From positions 1 to 64,000 of IMG/VR virus record IMGVR_UViG_3300010430_000007: 64,000 nt of DNA, one strand, 5' to 3'. This stretch comes from a virus. Numbering within the stretch: the first letter of the stretch is position 1; each line of letters opens with the position of its first letter. Below, piece after piece: positions 21,544 to 33,212 of the stretch. The notes beneath the pieces are model-generated. The model was not told where the DNA came from. It saw only the letters and a list, made by a program, of their open reading frames with translations, and did no database searches. The position numbers and the translations under genes are program-made.

Positions 21544-22164
21544 CTAACTATACACTAGTTCATAAAACGTTTGAATTTCTCTTATGATATCTTCAGTACT
21601 CGTGCACTCAACATATTTAAAACTATCGTCGCACTCATTCCATTCTTTACCAGACCCTCTATCTGCATAGCATAACTTCAACAATGCATTAGACATCTTG
21701 AGATTCTTTACACAATCGTCAATGAAACAATCTCCATGCATATTAACATGTTTTTTAGCATCAGATAAGAATTTGACCTCTCCATCTTTCTTTGGAAACG
21801 TTGGGTTTAAATACATATCAAAATAAGGCAAGTTATCTTCTATGAATTTTTCTTTATTTCTCATATTTCTTCTACTACCATTAGACACCATAATTAAATT
21901 AAACCTATCATCTTTAGATAGCTTCTCTAACATTTCTTCAAAACCATCGTTTACGAGTGTATAGTCCCAAAAATCTAAACTAGAAAATGCTTTTTCTACA
22001 TCATTCGCCGTCCACTCAGTGAACACGTCCTGAAAATCCCATCGTGTTACTGTATTCGGGTCTACATATATACCTGTATCTAATTCATATAGAGTACATA
22101 TGGTTTGAATCGAGTCAACCAAAACACTGTCACAATCAAAGTAAACGTTAACCTTATCCATCAT
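21544..22164 (-). CDS. HAD-family 5'(3')-deoxyribonucleotidase
   Basis: YFDCDSVLVDS (DxD), FIDDC. Confidence 0.8.
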   Translation of the reverse strand: MMDKVNVYFDCDSVLVDSIQTICTLYELDTGIYVDPNTVTRWDFQDVFTEWTANDVEKAFSSLDFWDYTLVNDGFEEMLEKLSKDDRFNLIMVSNGSRRNMRNKEKFIEDNLPYFDMYLNPTFPKKDGEVKFLSDAKKHVNMHGDCFIDDCVKNLKMSNALLKLCYADRGSGKEWNECDDSFKYVECTSTEDIIREIQTFYELVYS

Positions 22165-22729
22165 ATTCCTCCAATTCTAATAATCTAAGTAAATCAATTG
22201 TTTTATTTTTCAGAGAATCAAGAGTAGAATCGTTACCGATTATATAATCAAATCTGAAATTATCTAAATCAGTTTCTGAAACATGTTGCAATCTCTCTTT
22301 GTTTTTCAAATCTGTGAAATCGGGTCTAACTACTCTGATTGTAATTAATTCATCAATATTCCCATTGCCAAGCAACTCTTTATAATAGTCATAATTTTGC
22401 TTCTCTCTTAAACTCTCAACTACCACTAAGTTGTCTTTTGAATTGTCAATGAATGGTAAATTATCTCTTTCCCAAACTCTTCTGCTCATATGATATGGAT
22501 ATAATTTAGTTCCTAATCTATAAACTTCTCCAGCAAACTCTCTAAATTCATCGGTATCGTTACCGTCCCAGAAGAAATCATCTTTTGCAATTTGCCTAAT
22601 GTATGTTGATAGACTACTTTGAATCTTGTTTAAATTTTGATTTGAATGCTCAATGATGAAGTCGGCAACTGCGCCTTTCCCATTATGACTTTTGCCACCA
22701 ATCATTATAACTATTCTTTTTCCTCTCAT
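22154..22729 (-). CDS. Deoxynucleoside monophosphate kinase-like P-loop protein
   Basis: IGGKSHNGKG...VESLR...HVSETDLD...IGND. Confidence 0.75.
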   Translation of the reverse strand: MRGKRIVIMIGGKSHNGKGAVADFIIEHSNQNLNKIQSSLSTYIRQIAKDDFFWDGNDTDEFREFAGEVYRLGTKLYPYHMSRRVWERDNLPFIDNSKDNLVVVESLREKQNYDYYKELLGNGNIDELITIRVVRPDFTDLKNKERLQHVSETDLDNFRFDYIIGNDSTLDSLKNKTIDLLRLLELEEYDG

Positions 22730-22765
22730 TCACATCACCTCAATAATATATTATCATACTTTCTT

Positions 22766-23416
22766 TTATTTGTCAATACCAATTCTTAAATTATTTAGTT
22801 CATTATAATATTTTGTAACTTTTTTAGTATGAGCACTAGTTAAGTTGCCTTTTGGGCTACCTACATTATAAACGTAAATTGCATTAATATCAGTTAATTT
22901 ATACCTGTTTTCAATCCACCTTAATTGAGCCAAACTCATAGAAACATTGTCTTCAATGTCCATAATATTGTATGAGTCTAGACCTGCTAATTTTGCTTGC
23001 CAATCATGGTATCGTTCATTTAATTGAGCAACCCCATAATCTCTAGTTCCATTGTTGTTCATTGCTCCAACGATATTTTTGTAGTTTGACTCCTGTCTAA
23101 GCATAGCTAGATACCATTGAAAATCGAATCCAAATTCACTGCATTTGTTTTGAATCATGATTTGCTCATGAACTGTCAAAGGAACATCATACAACACATA
23201 TTTTGACATGTTTTTATATTCATTTAATTCTTCTAAAACTTTGTTTAGCTCATCTTCTAACTCAATCAATTCTGTCTCTTGAATAACCAATTTTCTTTTC
23301 AATTCTTGGTTCTGCTCGACTATCTTATCATTCTGCCTAGTCTCACTCGCTCCTGCTACAACTGTAAACAAGAGCACAACTACTAATACATAATTTAAAA
23401 TTTTACTTCTATTCAT
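22766..23416 (-). CDS. Membrane-anchored lytic transglycosylase (SLT domain)
   Basis: N-terminal TM helix, coiled coil, then AMLRQESNY...DYGVAQLN...YN. Confidence 0.8.
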   Translation of the reverse strand: MNRSKILNYVLVVVLLFTVVAGASETRQNDKIVEQNQELKRKLVIQETELIELEDELNKVLEELNEYKNMSKYVLYDVPLTVHEQIMIQNKCSEFGFDFQWYLAMLRQESNYKNIVGAMNNNGTRDYGVAQLNERYHDWQAKLAGLDSYNIMDIEDNVSMSLAQLRWIENRYKLTDINAIYVYNVGSPKGNLTSAHTKKVTKYYNELNNLRIGIDK

Positions 23417-23426
23417 TGTAATCCTC

Positions 23427-24254
23427 CTATCTACCTAATTTTCCAATCGCATTATTTCTACTCTTTCTACTTGAATGAGCATAGTTCTCCATTACTGTAG
23501 AAACCTTATCTCCCAATAAATCTGCTACAACTTTTGGATTTTCTCCATTATCCAACAATTCAGTAGCAAATGAATGTCTTAGACTATGATACACATGTCC
23601 CGTTTCTTGATTCCAAACAAGACCAACTTTCTCATATCTTTTCTTTAGGTAGTCTCTTACACCATTTTCTTTCATACTAAATAATTTACCTTCAGTAATA
23701 TTTTCCTCTTCAATATACTGCTTCAAACATGATTCAAGTCTTTCTGTCATTGGAACAACTCTAGTTTTGTCTCTCTTACTTTTACGAACTGTGAATTCAT
23801 GAGTATAGAAATTAATATCTGATAATTCTAGTGCTAATGGCTCTGAAATTCTTAAGCCCGAATCGCACCCGAATAGTACAATTGCTTTATATTTGGTGTT
23901 GCACAATTCAATAATCTCATCAATCTGCTCAATTGGAATTGTCTCATAATGCTTTTCTTCCTTCTTTGGTCTAGGAAGTTCTTTTGAAATATTTTTACAG
24001 ATTTCCTTTTTCTCTAACCAAGTAAACAAAGTTTGAATAGCACTAATTTTTCTATTTACCGTAGATGCTTTTCTTCCCAATTCATTCATACTTTCAATCC
24101 ACTTCTCTAGGTCGTCCCTGACCACTGAAATGACATCCTTATCTGTAAATTGAAGTAGCTGTCTAATATCAGTCATATATCCCTTAACTGTAGTGTCTGG
24201 ATTCTTAACTTGCTTTCTCATATATTGTTCAAATTCATTTAAATACATTGTCAT
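23427..24254 (-). CDS. Tyrosine recombinase (XerC/D-like), with an N-terminal SAM-like domain
   Basis: GLRISE (R), RKSKRDKTR (K), HSLRHSFAT (HxxR), LLGD (H replaced by D), NYAH (Y). Start refined to ATG 24254 from SD AAAGGAG. Confidence 0.9.
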   Translation of the reverse strand: MTMYLNEFEQYMRKQVKNPDTTVKGYMTDIRQLLQFTDKDVISVVRDDLEKWIESMNELGRKASTVNRKISAIQTLFTWLEKKEICKNISKELPRPKKEEKHYETIPIEQIDEIIELCNTKYKAIVLFGCDSGLRISEPLALELSDINFYTHEFTVRKSKRDKTRVVPMTERLESCLKQYIEEENITEGKLFSMKENGVRDYLKKRYEKVGLVWNQETGHVYHSLRHSFATELLDNGENPKVVADLLGDKVSTVMENYAHSSRKSRNNAIGKLGR

Positions 24255-24280
24255 TTGTCTCACTCCTTTATCTTGATTTA

Positions 24281-24309
24281 AGTATAGCATGTGAAGTGAG
24301 ACCTGTCAA
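24281..24309 (-). promoter_or_regulatory. sigma-A promoter of the recombinase
   Basis: TTGACA-17-TATACT with an extended TG. Confidence 0.75.
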
Positions 24310-24323
24310 CAATTATTTTGAAA

Positions 24324-24677
24324 TTATCCAATGATATCATAAGTTTTTATAAACTTGTCAATCTTGCAAGGATACAATTCTCCATCTACTCCTTTTATTA
24401 ATACGTCTGCAAATGTCATTTTATGAAATCCTTCTAGCGTGATGATGTAAAACATATTCTTTCTGTAGTTCAATCTAACATCACAATTCTCATTATATAA
24501 TCCAATCACATCTTGTAAATTAGTGCACCCAAACGACTTTTGTGGTAAATCTCCAACCCATGACTCAATCTGATTGAACTTTAAACTTTTCATTAAGTCG
24601 GTGTATTCAAAATAATCTCTTTCGACTGGCTTGTTTTTACATTTCCCCATAATTTCACTCCTTGAATTCAACATCAT
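24324..24677 (-). CDS. Hypothetical phage protein (PGDYII-like family)
   Basis: TLEG...ADVLIKGVDGELYPCKIDKFIKTY. Confidence 0.65.
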   Translation of the reverse strand: MMLNSRSEIMGKCKNKPVERDYFEYTDLMKSLKFNQIESWVGDLPQKSFGCTNLQDVIGLYNENCDVRLNYRKNMFYIITLEGFHKMTFADVLIKGVDGELYPCKIDKFIKTYDIIG

Positions 24678-24938
24678 TTAATATTGAGATACTTTTATTG
24701 TTTTCATCTACATACTTTTCAAATCCACATTTACAATTTATGTGTATAATTTCATGAAGAAGATTTACTTTCAATTTTGTATCTTTCCAACTAGAGCCAC
24801 AATCGGGACACTTTTTATATTTTCTCACTACTTGATTAAATTTTCTATAATCCATAATTACCTCCTAACTCCTGATGAAATATGTCTTTCATCCACTTTT
24901 TCAAACTCTACAAGTGTTGCAAATGCTATATTCTTGAT

Positions 24939-25277
24939 TTACGAATAATGATTGAAAACCATAAATTTAATCTGGACATCTTCACTCATTAATCTGAGTT
25001 TAATTAACTCTGTTTCTACTTCTGTAATCAGTGATTTCATATCAACCAAATCCATTTCTGCACTTTCAAATGCTTCATAGTCTCCAAATTTTTCTAATGT
25101 CTTACCAAAATATAAATAATTTCCACACATACCATCATATACAGCGTCAAATTTTACGTCTTTGTGTCCTTCCACATAAGGAATTAATTCTTCTGCGTAT
25201 ACATCACTGTATTCACTAAACACATTCTTCATAACTTCTGCATAAACTCCAATATAGGTTTTAATATTAACTGACAT
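24939..25277 (-). CDS. Hypothetical protein
   Basis: 112 aa with SD. Confidence 0.7.
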   Translation of the reverse strand: MSVNIKTYIGVYAEVMKNVFSEYSDVYAEELIPYVEGHKDVKFDAVYDGMCGNYLYFGKTLEKFGDYEAFESAEMDLVDMKSLITEVETELIKLRLMSEDVQIKFMVFNHYS

Positions 25278-25290
25278 GCAATATCTCCTT

Positions 25291-25644
25291 TTATTTTAAT
25301 TCCCAAGTTTTACACTTATCATATCTTTTAAAAACAAGCAATACTCCTCTATCAAATGGCTTCATGTATTTCAATTTATGCTTACTTCTATTTGATAATA
25401 AACAAGCTGTCTCCAATGCACTTTTATATCTAGAATATATAATCACATAGATATAATTATTTTTGTTTAAATTAAAATACAATTTAGATGCATCAAATTC
25501 ATAATCCTCTCTTCTTAATAATCCGTTTATTTTTTCTGGGTCATAATATTCAACTCCTTCAAAATGATTGTTTTCAAAATAATTAAAATTCTCCCCATCT
25601 TCTCTTAGTGCGAGTCTGTTTACTATACTATTATTGTCTATCAC
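25291..25644 (-). CDS. Hypothetical protein
   Basis: 117 aa with SD. Confidence 0.65.
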   Translation of the reverse strand: MIDNNSIVNRLALREDGENFNYFENNHFEGVEYYDPEKINGLLRREDYEFDASKLYFNLNKNNYIYVIIYSRYKSALETACLLSNRSKHKLKYMKPFDRGVLLVFKRYDKCKTWELK

Positions 25645-26545
25645 ATTATCTCTCCTTTCTAATTGTCATAAAACAAGCATTTCGAGTGGTCTTAATACCA
25701 CACTTCTTCATTTTTATCTATCTTTGCTAACTTCAATATATCTTGTAGGTCGCACGCTTTGATTACTACATCTACATCTTCGTTTAGAGTCATGATTGAC
25801 CATTCTTCGCCTTTTAAATATAACCATGTTTCGTCGAAATTTAAATCGTTTTGAGCATTCTCAACGATACTAAACCTACTACATAACCTATTGATGGTTT
25901 GTTGTTGTAGTTTAATCGTGTGTGCTAATGCCGTACATTTATTACATTCTGCCATGATTTCTCCTTTCTGATTTTCCTCATGAATCTAACTTAAGTTCCC
26001 CTTAAATTCATTCACAATATCTTCCATTGGTTTGTTCTCTAATCTCAACATTTTAATATCTCTATTGCAGTTCCCAATGTAGAGATGATTATTAAAAATC
26101 ATAGATTCTATTTCAAAATTTTCAAACTTTGTTTCTTGTTCATAATAAGATTCATATTTTTTAATCTCTTTCTCTAATTCAGATACTTTATTCTTTAGCT
26201 TCTGTATTTTTCTATTGTTTACATCTAAATCATTTTGAACTACTAGCACTTCATTAAAATCCATAATAAACCCCCTCTTCTAACTCACCATGAAATCTCA
26301 GTTTCATCTACTTTATACTACGTCACAATCGAATCCCTCATAACTCATCATTTGAAAAATAAAACTATTTCCATGTTCATTAAAAGTGTGGACTGGTTTG
26401 GAATCATTATTCACCACAAATATATCCAAGTATCCAATTATAACTTCATACTTTTCTGGATTAAGTTTTGCTAATTTATACCACTTTTCATCTTCTTTGT
26501 TAAACATAGTTTATCATCCTCATCTCTTTGAAACTTTTATTTCAT

Positions 26546-27142
26546 CTATTTAATTTCAATTACTCTATTGTCTTTTGTATTGATAATATAAAAGGGTCTC
26601 TGCACTCCACACGCATATTTTTCAGCTGACTCTAGTGCAATCTTAATTCTTTCCGATGGAAGTAAATTGTCCTCCGTATTTTCTAATGCACTTAAGGCAC
26701 CAATGGCATGACACTCTCCACTTCCGCAAGCATCAAAATGCTCCATATTTTCTACTACCTGAAAGTCGTCTTCGATTTTCCATAGTTTGTCTTTTATTGC
26801 AATTAAAAAAGTTCCACCCTTTAGCTCACCATCATTATACTTCTTATAGAAGCCGTTATTTGAATACAGGTCAATTAATTTAGGAACAAACTTATTTACC
26901 ATATATTTATGATTAATCTCTGTATCTTTAAGTAAATCAATTTCTGGAAATAAAGATTCAGAGTACATTAGAAGCTGACCCATTCTGTATGATGAAGTGA
27001 ACCCGATTGCGATTTCATCTTTTTCATTAAATTTAAATAGTTTCTTGTCATTTCTTACTGCCTTGCTGAATCCATTACTTCCCAAGCTATCAGCACCCAA
27101 CCATGTTACTCCATTTTCTGTATATCCTACGATACAAGTCAT
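26546..27142 (-). CDS. HslV/proteasome-beta-like Ntn-hydrolase peptidase
   Basis: N-terminal MTCIVG (Thr nucleophile), GADS, K, ACGSG...AIGAL. Confidence 0.8.
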   Translation of the reverse strand: MTCIVGYTENGVTWLGADSLGSNGFSKAVRNDKKLFKFNEKDEIAIGFTSSYRMGQLLMYSESLFPEIDLLKDTEINHKYMVNKFVPKLIDLYSNNGFYKKYNDGELKGGTFLIAIKDKLWKIEDDFQVVENMEHFDACGSGECHAIGALSALENTEDNLLPSERIKIALESAEKYACGVQRPFYIINTKDNRVIEIK

Positions 27143-27741
27143 ATAATTCCTCCTATTTTGTCTTAGTTTTATTTTACTATATCATACTACTTAATATTTG
27201 TCAACTTAAATTCCAAATGAAATCAACATTTCATCACCTGCTTAATGTATCAATCATATTTCTCAACATCTCATCTGTTCTTTTCTTACTGTATAGATAC
27301 CCATCCATGTATATTATATCCATTAAAGGCTCAATTATTCCTACGCAGACAATCTTATTTGTGTCTACATCATCACTCTGCTGTTTGTCTAAAATAATTT
27401 CTCTAAGTGTAATTTTATCTTGCATCTTTTCTATTGCATAAAAATAAGTTGGCAACTCGTTCATAAATACCTCCTTTTATCCTACATGAAATCGAACTTT
27501 CATTTGCTATTTGCTAAATAAAGCAACGCAACATAAGATACAATAGTCTCTTGTTTCTAAAGTTTCTACTACTTCTTCTTTGGTAAGCCCATTATTATCA
27601 AATGTAAGTCCATTAGGCTCTGGCGTTACTAGTTGAATCGATTCATCTTCTTTAATTATTTCGCCACAATGGTCACAGTATATTGTTTCTATTCTCATAA
27701 CTCTCTCCTCTCATTTGAATGAAATTGACCTTTTATGTTGT

Positions 27742-28941
27742 TTACTTCTTTAAAAACTCATACCAATCACAACCGTCAGCTCTAATATTTGTTGAAACAT
27801 TGTCATTCAGCAATGCACTCGTGCAATTATCGTAATCGTCCGCATCATGTCTAAATCCATTAATTTTAATATCGTGACCTTGTTCAAACTTCTGCAACAT
27901 CTGAATCAAAGTACAATTAATCCACTCTTCTTTCTTCTCTTCGATAATTTCAAATGTTGCATTCAGTACGTCCAACTGACTATAACTCAAATCGAAAATG
28001 CTATTATTTGGAATTTCTTCAGAGTACAGCAATGGCAAATATTCGTCGTCATAAAGTCCATCTTCTTGGACGATTACCAAATCATCATTTTTGTTTAGCA
28101 CGACCAATTCCCTCTTATTGCTAATTAAAACTTCTGCTAAAGTATACTTAGGTCTCTCATCTCTTAAAACTCTAATTACATCATAAATATTCATTGGTCT
28201 TTCTGTCTTCATTTTGTCCTCCTGTTTTTCTTTTCTAATATCCATCATTTCTTTTATGCTTTCTTTTAATCCATCCATTGAAGGTGGCATTTCTTCATTA
28301 TCTGTGCAAATAAAATCTTTAAAAGGGGCATCGCTAACTTGTCTGCTTGCCAACTCATCGTCCCTATAAATATATAAATTTTTATCATCTGTTCTTACTT
28401 CATATGAATCACATGTAAATACCAAATTTCCTTTTTTAATATTTTTGCATGAAATTTCTCTTTCATGTGGCTTTGACAATTGTTTTATATATTCATCAAG
28501 TTTCTTTTCAGTCTTATATCCAACTGTGATTTTATGCTTAGACAGTAGCTCTTTTATCTCCATGAAGTCGTCAATGTATAATTCCTCCATAACACGACCA
28601 TTATATCTAAATTTTTCTGGGTCATCGCTGTTACTGAATGTTATTTTTCTTTTAGTGTTTTTATCTGTTATAGTTAAAACTGGTTCTCCAATTTTAAATT
28701 TAGTCTTTTCACTCGCTTTTGCGAAATCATCTTTTCCAATCAAACTAGACACTTTGATTTTCTCTTTTTGAGTATTTTCTTCCTTTTGATTATGAAGGAA
28801 TCCTTTTGGTTCAAAAACCATTTCCCCATTTAGGGATAAATCTGGTCTAGGGTTATAGTCTTTTAATAAATCTTTAAAATAACATTGCACACATTCACCG
28901 AAAGGTGTAGCCATTTGATTTCCACATTCACATTTAAACAT
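27742..28941 (-). CDS. Hypothetical protein (399 aa)
   Basis: Long ORF with SD and an N-terminal Zn ribbon; no family recognised. Confidence 0.7.
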   Translation of the reverse strand: MFKCECGNQMATPFGECVQCYFKDLLKDYNPRPDLSLNGEMVFEPKGFLHNQKEENTQKEKIKVSSLIGKDDFAKASEKTKFKIGEPVLTITDKNTKRKITFSNSDDPEKFRYNGRVMEELYIDDFMEIKELLSKHKITVGYKTEKKLDEYIKQLSKPHEREISCKNIKKGNLVFTCDSYEVRTDDKNLYIYRDDELASRQVSDAPFKDFICTDNEEMPPSMDGLKESIKEMMDIRKEKQEDKMKTERPMNIYDVIRVLRDERPKYTLAEVLISNKRELVVLNKNDDLVIVQEDGLYDDEYLPLLYSEEIPNNSIFDLSYSQLDVLNATFEIIEEKKEEWINCTLIQMLQKFEQGHDIKINGFRHDADDYDNCTSALLNDNVSTNIRADGCDWYEFLKK

Positions 28942-29267
28942 AAATATCCTCCTATTTTAAATCATTTTCATCAATTAATATTTCAATTTCAAATGGATTA
29001 TTCTCGTTTAATTGATTCAAATATCCACCAAAAGTCTCCATCATTTCCCATGCTTGAATTGTGTAATATCCTTCTTCATCAAGCTTCAAATTAAATTCTC
29101 CTATATCATAACCCATCGTGTATTTACAGTCGTATCTCATTTCTTCGTGTTCTCGTTTTAATACATCAATCCCAAATTCTGTTAATTTAATTTTTACATT
29201 GCTGTTGATGTTAAATCTATTCATTTAAACCTCCTTTATTATAAACCAAATAAAATAATCATTTCAA

Positions 29268-29705
29268 CTACATTTCAAATCTCAGAATCCTTCTCTTGTC
29301 ATCATTGTTTCTTCTGATACATTTCTCATGAAGTCTATTATCCTCATTTATAAATCCAACTCGTTCTCTCATTTTCTTCACATCTTCTTCATAAATTCCA
29401 CAGAAAAACTCATCTCTAGTCATCTTTTTACAGAATAACTCTAAGTCAATTTGTGAGTATACTGGTTTTTCGCTTCTAATATCTAAGTAATAATAAGCAC
29501 TGAATGAATTAGACCCTGACGACTTAATCACCTCTAAATCATATCTACCATGCTCGGTTAGATTTCTCTTATATAGTGTCAATGTAGACTCATAGTCTAA
29601 TGTGCTCTCGTGCAATAAATAACTTTCGTTGTCGTAAGTAAAGTAAATTGCCCAAGTTTTAACTTTTGTAATTTTTAATAATTTGATATCTTTAATCTCT
29701 AACAT
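29268..29705 (-). CDS. Hypothetical protein
   Basis: 145 aa; its stop abuts the palindromic site at 29250. Confidence 0.65.
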   Translation of the reverse strand: MLEIKDIKLLKITKVKTWAIYFTYDNESYLLHESTLDYESTLTLYKRNLTEHGRYDLEVIKSSGSNSFSAYYYLDIRSEKPVYSQIDLELFCKKMTRDEFFCGIYEEDVKKMRERVGFINEDNRLHEKCIRRNNDDKRRILRFEM

Positions 29706-29982
29706 TTACATCTATCCTTTCATATTTAACTTTTTCAATTCTTCTATAATTTTATCGTTCTGTCTATGTATTTCTGATATTCCAAATACCCATCTGATGA
29801 TAAATATACATCCAAAAACTACAAATATTGGAGATAAAATCATAACAATTTTATCCAATAGTCCAGATACTAAAAACTCTTGCCAATAATTAAATAATAA
29901 TATATTCATTCTCAACACCTCCTAAATATATACTATCATAAAGTAAAAGAGATGTCAAGAAAAATCTCAACATCTCGACTTT

Positions 29983-30654
29983 TTATTTTTTCCCAAATAT
30001 TCTTAATAGGGTTAAGAATAAGTTCATTATATCTAAATATAGTTCTACTGCAACATCAACTGCGTTGTCCAGTGTTTTAGTTATCACACTTGCTCTATAC
30101 ATGTCATATCCAATGTACAAAGAGAATAATCCTGCTGAAAAATAATCGATTAAAATCATCTCTCTCAAGAATGGTATAAATAGCCCTAAAATTCTAACAA
30201 CAACTAACCCAGATAACGCAATAAATAAAGCTCCTCCAATTGATTCGTAGAACTTTGGAAAAATAAATCCACTTACTCCCATTACTGTGGTTATTAAAAA
30301 TGTAAGCGTCATAGCATTGTGAATTATCGTTGGGCTATATATAGAACCAATATTTGATAATAGTAGTCCGAAAGCTCCACTAATCATACCTAGTCCCAAC
30401 AAGCTCACTGGTGCATAGTCACTTTTTACCGACACAATTACTCCCAATATAGAAACTCCAAACAACCCTAGAACTCCAATTAGATTTAAATCGTTTGCAT
30501 AGTTCGGAAACAAACTAATCATCAGTGCAGTAAAAGCTAATGAGAGTGCAGTGAACAATCCAATAGAGCCATAAAATCCTCTCGGGCTCAATGTGTCTTT
30601 TCCTCCTCTTTTGTCAAATATCCCCGTTGTAATCTTATCATTCTTTTTAGCCAT
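29983..30654 (-). CDS. Bax inhibitor-1/YccA-family membrane protein
   Basis: About 7 TM helices; LFSLYIGYD...AVELYLDIMNLFLTLLRIFG C-terminus; own promoter with -35 at 30718. Confidence 0.85.
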   Translation of the reverse strand: MAKKNDKITTGIFDKRGGKDTLSPRGFYGSIGLFTALSLAFTALMISLFPNYANDLNLIGVLGLFGVSILGVIVSVKSDYAPVSLLGLGMISGAFGLLLSNIGSIYSPTIIHNAMTLTFLITTVMGVSGFIFPKFYESIGGALFIALSGLVVVRILGLFIPFLREMILIDYFSAGLFSLYIGYDMYRASVITKTLDNAVDVAVELYLDIMNLFLTLLRIFGKK

Positions 30655-32143
30655 AATTTCTCTCCTCTTTTCTTTTATTATTAAGCTCAATATTATAATA
30701 ACATACCAAGCCTAATCTGTCAATGCTATTTTGAAAATAAATTAAATTATTTTACCACTCTTTTCCACGAGCTTCTGTCAACTCTCTTTCTTTCTTCCAT
30801 GATTTGTTGACTTCGTAACAACAAAATGAAATCAATCCAATCACCACAAATAAGAATAATCCTGTCATATTATCACCTCCTAATCACTCCAAATGAAATG
30901 CATATTTTATCACTATTCTTCTAATTCAATCTCGCATCTATCACATCTTATTCCAACCTCTCCGTCGTATCCGGTAGGATAAAATTCAATAGTATTATTT
31001 TCTTCAGAGTCTTTAAATTCTAAAAAACCACTTCCAAGACTTACTGTGACGATATTCCCACAATTGTTGCATTTTATTTCAAACGTTTTATTCATTATAA
31101 ACTTCTCCTCTATTATTTTACCACGAACCTACAATTTCGTTCTAATTAATAAACAAAGTCAATCCTAAAATCTTTTGCTGAAACCGTATGACTAAATAAA
31201 CCTAATCCTTTGGTTGATTGCTTTAATTCTACAGTCCACTTACCACCATACGTATAATCTCCTAGCTTACCATAGCTACCTATAAATTCTTCTGGAACAC
31301 TATTGCTACCTGTAATAACTACGTACGTCGGTGCGTACATTTTTGCGTCTGAACATTCTTCACATTCGTATTCCTGAAATACTTCCCCTGAAACAACTGG
31401 GCAATCTTTATCTCCATACTTGCACCCGTGAATTGCACAACAGTGAGATTTGTGTACTCCATAGTTTTCTTTATCCATTCAACTTACCTCCTTATTTACA
31501 GTCTAGTAATTTCTATTAATTCCATCATTACCAGTTGGTATTTTAATGTCAAAACTCTCTCTTATAAAACTTCTTCCTACGGGACTATTTAACCACCCAA
31601 TAATAGTATCAGCTACTATTTCCGCACATTCTGGATTCTTGTTTACAATGCTTGTCCACTCATCGCTATATGGATTATCCTCATAATATCTAAAAATAAC
31701 TGAGTCCATAATCGATTGTTTGTATTCGTTTAGCCAAGTTTGTACTACTTTACTTTCTTTTCTATTTTCTCTATATTGAGACATATCTTTGTTCATGTTT
31801 AGACTCTCCTTTCACCTCGAAATACTTATTTCATCACTTTTAATTGTTTTCAATATCTTTCTTAATTAGTCTTTCGCACCAATCTCTTGCACCTCTCCTA
31901 GTTGAGAACTCTTTTATGTCACAATCATTATTTAAATTCACCTCTGCTTCAAACTCGCTACCATACTTTCTTATAGAAGCACTTCTATCTTCTTTATATG
32001 CCTGTTCTAAAATAACCTCACCATTCATTGTCGATTCAACACATTCCCAAGGTAAATATCTACCTTCTATTCCTTTTAAATATTGTTTAACACTCATACT
32101 TTCTCCTCTCTACATATCAAATGAAACCGTTGTTTCATGTCTT

Positions 32144-32698
32144 TTAAATCCCTTGACTATTTTCCAACATATGTTGCCTAAATTCATCTATCTTGTCTGC
32201 AAATTCAAGAGCTTTACTTTCTTCAAGTTGAAACTTGTATCCTTTACCATTGTAATCATGCCAAATAAAGAAATCATAATAACTCTCATATTCTTTCTCG
32301 TCACCCTCGTACCAGTTGGATATTGATTCAAAAGATTCTCTAGTGAACTTTTTAATCATCCAACAAGTTCCATTTCCGCTTGGACGACATCTTTCTACAA
32401 CATCTTCTGCTAATGAGTCCATGTTTCTAATATGGTGTGCCACCACATCAATACAACTGCATTCGTCGAATGTTTCTCTATACATGGTTTCGCAATATTC
32501 TTTTTCACCACATTCTTTATCTTCTTTATGTAATTTTAAAATAGAAAATGCAAAATAAGTCTTATATACTTCATTCCAATTTTTTGGTGACCCATTATCA
32601 AAACCATGCACGCTTGAATTCTTAGGATAGAATCTAAAAGTTAGTCTATCATCTTTAAAGTCTCTCATTACAAAATCTATTTTTCTTTTCTTTTTCAT
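32144..32698 (-). CDS. Hypothetical protein
   Basis: 184 aa; bracketed by sites 32121 and 32719. Confidence 0.7.
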   Translation of the reverse strand: MKKKRKIDFVMRDFKDDRLTFRFYPKNSSVHGFDNGSPKNWNEVYKTYFAFSILKLHKEDKECGEKEYCETMYRETFDECSCIDVVAHHIRNMDSLAEDVVERCRPSGNGTCWMIKKFTRESFESISNWYEGDEKEYESYYDFFIWHDYNGKGYKFQLEESKALEFADKIDEFRQHMLENSQGI

Positions 32699-33212
32699 GT
32701 TTCCTCCTTTAACTTACGATGAAACGCTCATTTTATCACTTCTATATCTTCAATTCATATCTATTAGATTTATCAATTTCAAATTCGTATGGATAAATTT
32801 CTTGTAAATATGGTTTACTTTTTAGTTCGATTATCCTTTTGCAAAACTCAACCTCATCAGAAAATAGTTCGGTTTCGCTTCTGTCTTTAAATAATAATAT
32901 ATTTGCAGTGCCTCCGACTGCGTAGACATTATAATCTATTCCGTATAATTTCATTTAATACCCTCCTAATTAACTTCAACGATATTTCCTTCTGGTAAAA
33001 GTTCTCCACCAGTTTCCAGCGCATAATCAAGCTGTTTGCTTAAAACTGTATTCCATCTAACCTGACCTAAAAACAGAGCTAATATACTTTCAACTTCTTC
33101 ATAGGTCACCACACCAGTCTGTAATTTTGATTTAATAGCCATTACTTGCTCTGTTACTTTCAATTCATAATCACTCATTTTACCTCCCTTATGAAATTCA
33201 GATTTTATCTGT

